A DNA stretch of 64,000 bases, from positions 464,037 through 528,036 of the forward strand of contig JAEZTC010000013.1 in the NCBI GenBank assembly GCA_023421675.1. The letters run 5' to 3'. Every line of letters starts with the position of its first letter. Within the stretch, counting starts at the first letter, position 1. The position numbers and the translations under genes were made by a program. Positions 63,343 to 64,000 of this stretch are shown piece by piece. The DNA comes from Bacillota bacterium. GTDB lineage: Bacteria > Bacillota > Clostridia > Acetivibrionales > JANLFN01. The notes below the pieces were generated by a model. That model was not told the origin of the DNA. It made no database searches and was given only the letters and a program-made list of their open reading frames with translations.

Positions 63343-64000
63343 ATGTTTAAGTACAGTTCAAAACACTTTTCAAAAAGAATTATTTCTGTTGTTTTAGTTT
63401 CAATCTTTAGTATTTCAATGTTAGCAAGCTGCGGATCAAAAAGCGGCGGTAGCATCACGTTATCGACAACCACCAGTGTAAGGGATTCAGGTCTTCTGGA
63501 TTATTTACAGCCTGAATTTGAAAAAGATACAGGAATAAAGATGAAAATACTTGCTCAGGGTACAGGTCAGGCTATTAAAACCGGTGAAGATGGAAATGCA
63601 GATGTGTTATTCGTTCATGATAAAAAATCTGAAGAAAAATTTGTTTCGGACGGTAACGGCTTAAAAAGGGTAGAGTTAATGTATAACTATTTTGTTATTG
63701 TCGGTCCTAAAAATGATCCTGCCGGAATTAAAGCATCTAACTTAACAGATGCAGCTGCTGCCTTTAAGAAGGTAATGGACAATAAGTCTACCTTTGTTTC
63801 AAGAGGTGACGACTCAGGAACAAACAAAAAGGAACTTGCATTATGGACCAGCGTTAATATTAAACCTTCTGGAAGCTGGTATGTATCTGCCGGAAAAGGT
63901 ATGGGCGATGTTCTTATGATGACAAGTGAAAAACAGGGATATACTTTGACAGATAAGGCTACTTATCTTTCTATGAAGGATAAGCTTAACCTGGAGATAG
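63343..64000 (+). CDS. tupA: Tungstate/molybdate ABC transporter substrate-binding lipoprotein (TupA-like), 3'-truncated by window edge
   Basis: ATG lies 7 nt after AGGAGG. Signal peptide with lipobox LASC. The sequence TTTSVRDSGLLDYLQPEFEKDTGIK...GTGQA...MYNYFVIVGPKNDPAGI resembles TupA-family binding proteins. The ORF is absent from the supplied track because it runs off the window. Confidence 0.8.
   Translation, partial: MFKYSSKHFSKRIISVVLVSIFSISMLASCGSKSGGSITLSTTTSVRDSGLLDYLQPEFEKDTGIKMKILAQGTGQAIKTGEDGNADVLFVHDKKSEEKFVSDGNGLKRVELMYNYFVIVGPKNDPAGIKASNLTDAAAAFKKVMDNKSTFVSRGDDSGTNKKELALWTSVNIKPSGSWYVSAGKGMGDVLMMTSEKQGYTLTDKATYLSMKDKLNLEI

Noticed and set aside
63201-63473. A 90-aa minus-strand ORF covering the Moco riboswitch and the start of the binding-protein gene.
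   Set aside because: It is antisense to a conserved riboswitch and to a lipoprotein signal peptide with a strong RBS on the plus strand, so it is spurious.
1-64000. A search for defence systems, toxin-antitoxin pairs, prophage genes, tRNA/rRNA genes and group II introns.
   Set aside because: No ORF shows nuclease, helicase, methyltransferase, reverse-transcriptase or integrase motifs. No non-coding gap exceeds about 460 nt, and none shows tRNA-like or intron-like structure.

Overview
This 64-kb window is a chromosomal segment from a low-GC Gram-positive anaerobe. It is most consistent with class Clostridia: AT-rich intergenic regions, GGAGG-type ribosome-binding sites, a SleB/LysM spore-type hydrolase, and c-di-AMP and Moco riboswitches. 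The taxon is an inference. I call 54 protein-coding genes, one truncated at each window edge, all supported by long ORFs with recognisable family motifs. I found no rRNA or tRNA genes, CRISPR arrays, transposases, integrases or obvious defence genes. Content in order: a CUT2 sugar ABC importer; a chemoreceptor; a KimA-type K+ transporter; a histidine kinase with a REC-TPR partner; an FHA/RodA-FtsW/PBP2 wall-synthesis module; galE with an MFS transporter; an acyl-CoA synthetase with an XRE-cupin regulator; an amidase/PfkB-kinase/NagA/C45-like cluster; a UbiA-type polyprenyl-phosphate phosphoribosyltransferase with an ArnE-like small membrane protein; three tandem paralogous secreted fusion proteins (copper-amine-oxidase-N-like domain plus solute-binding domain); two peptidoglycan hydrolases, each behind a ydaO-type c-di-AMP riboswitch; a degenerate-GGDEF/HD-GYP protein; a tocopherol-cyclase-like plus FAD/Rieske pair; a MacB/FtsX-type ABC exporter preceded by an unexplained promoter-structured RNA-terminator unit; an 11-gene DeoR-linked carbohydrate cluster of unusual composition; and mog with a Moco-riboswitch-controlled tungstate/molybdate-binding protein. 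The best candidates for undescribed biology are the carbohydrate cluster (50.8-62.5 kb), the orphan triplicated binding-protein array (32.1-37.3 kb), the unclassified leader RNA at 47.28-47.42 kb, and the polyprenyl-phosphoribose module. All calls come from reading the sequence and from remembered family motifs. No searches were run.
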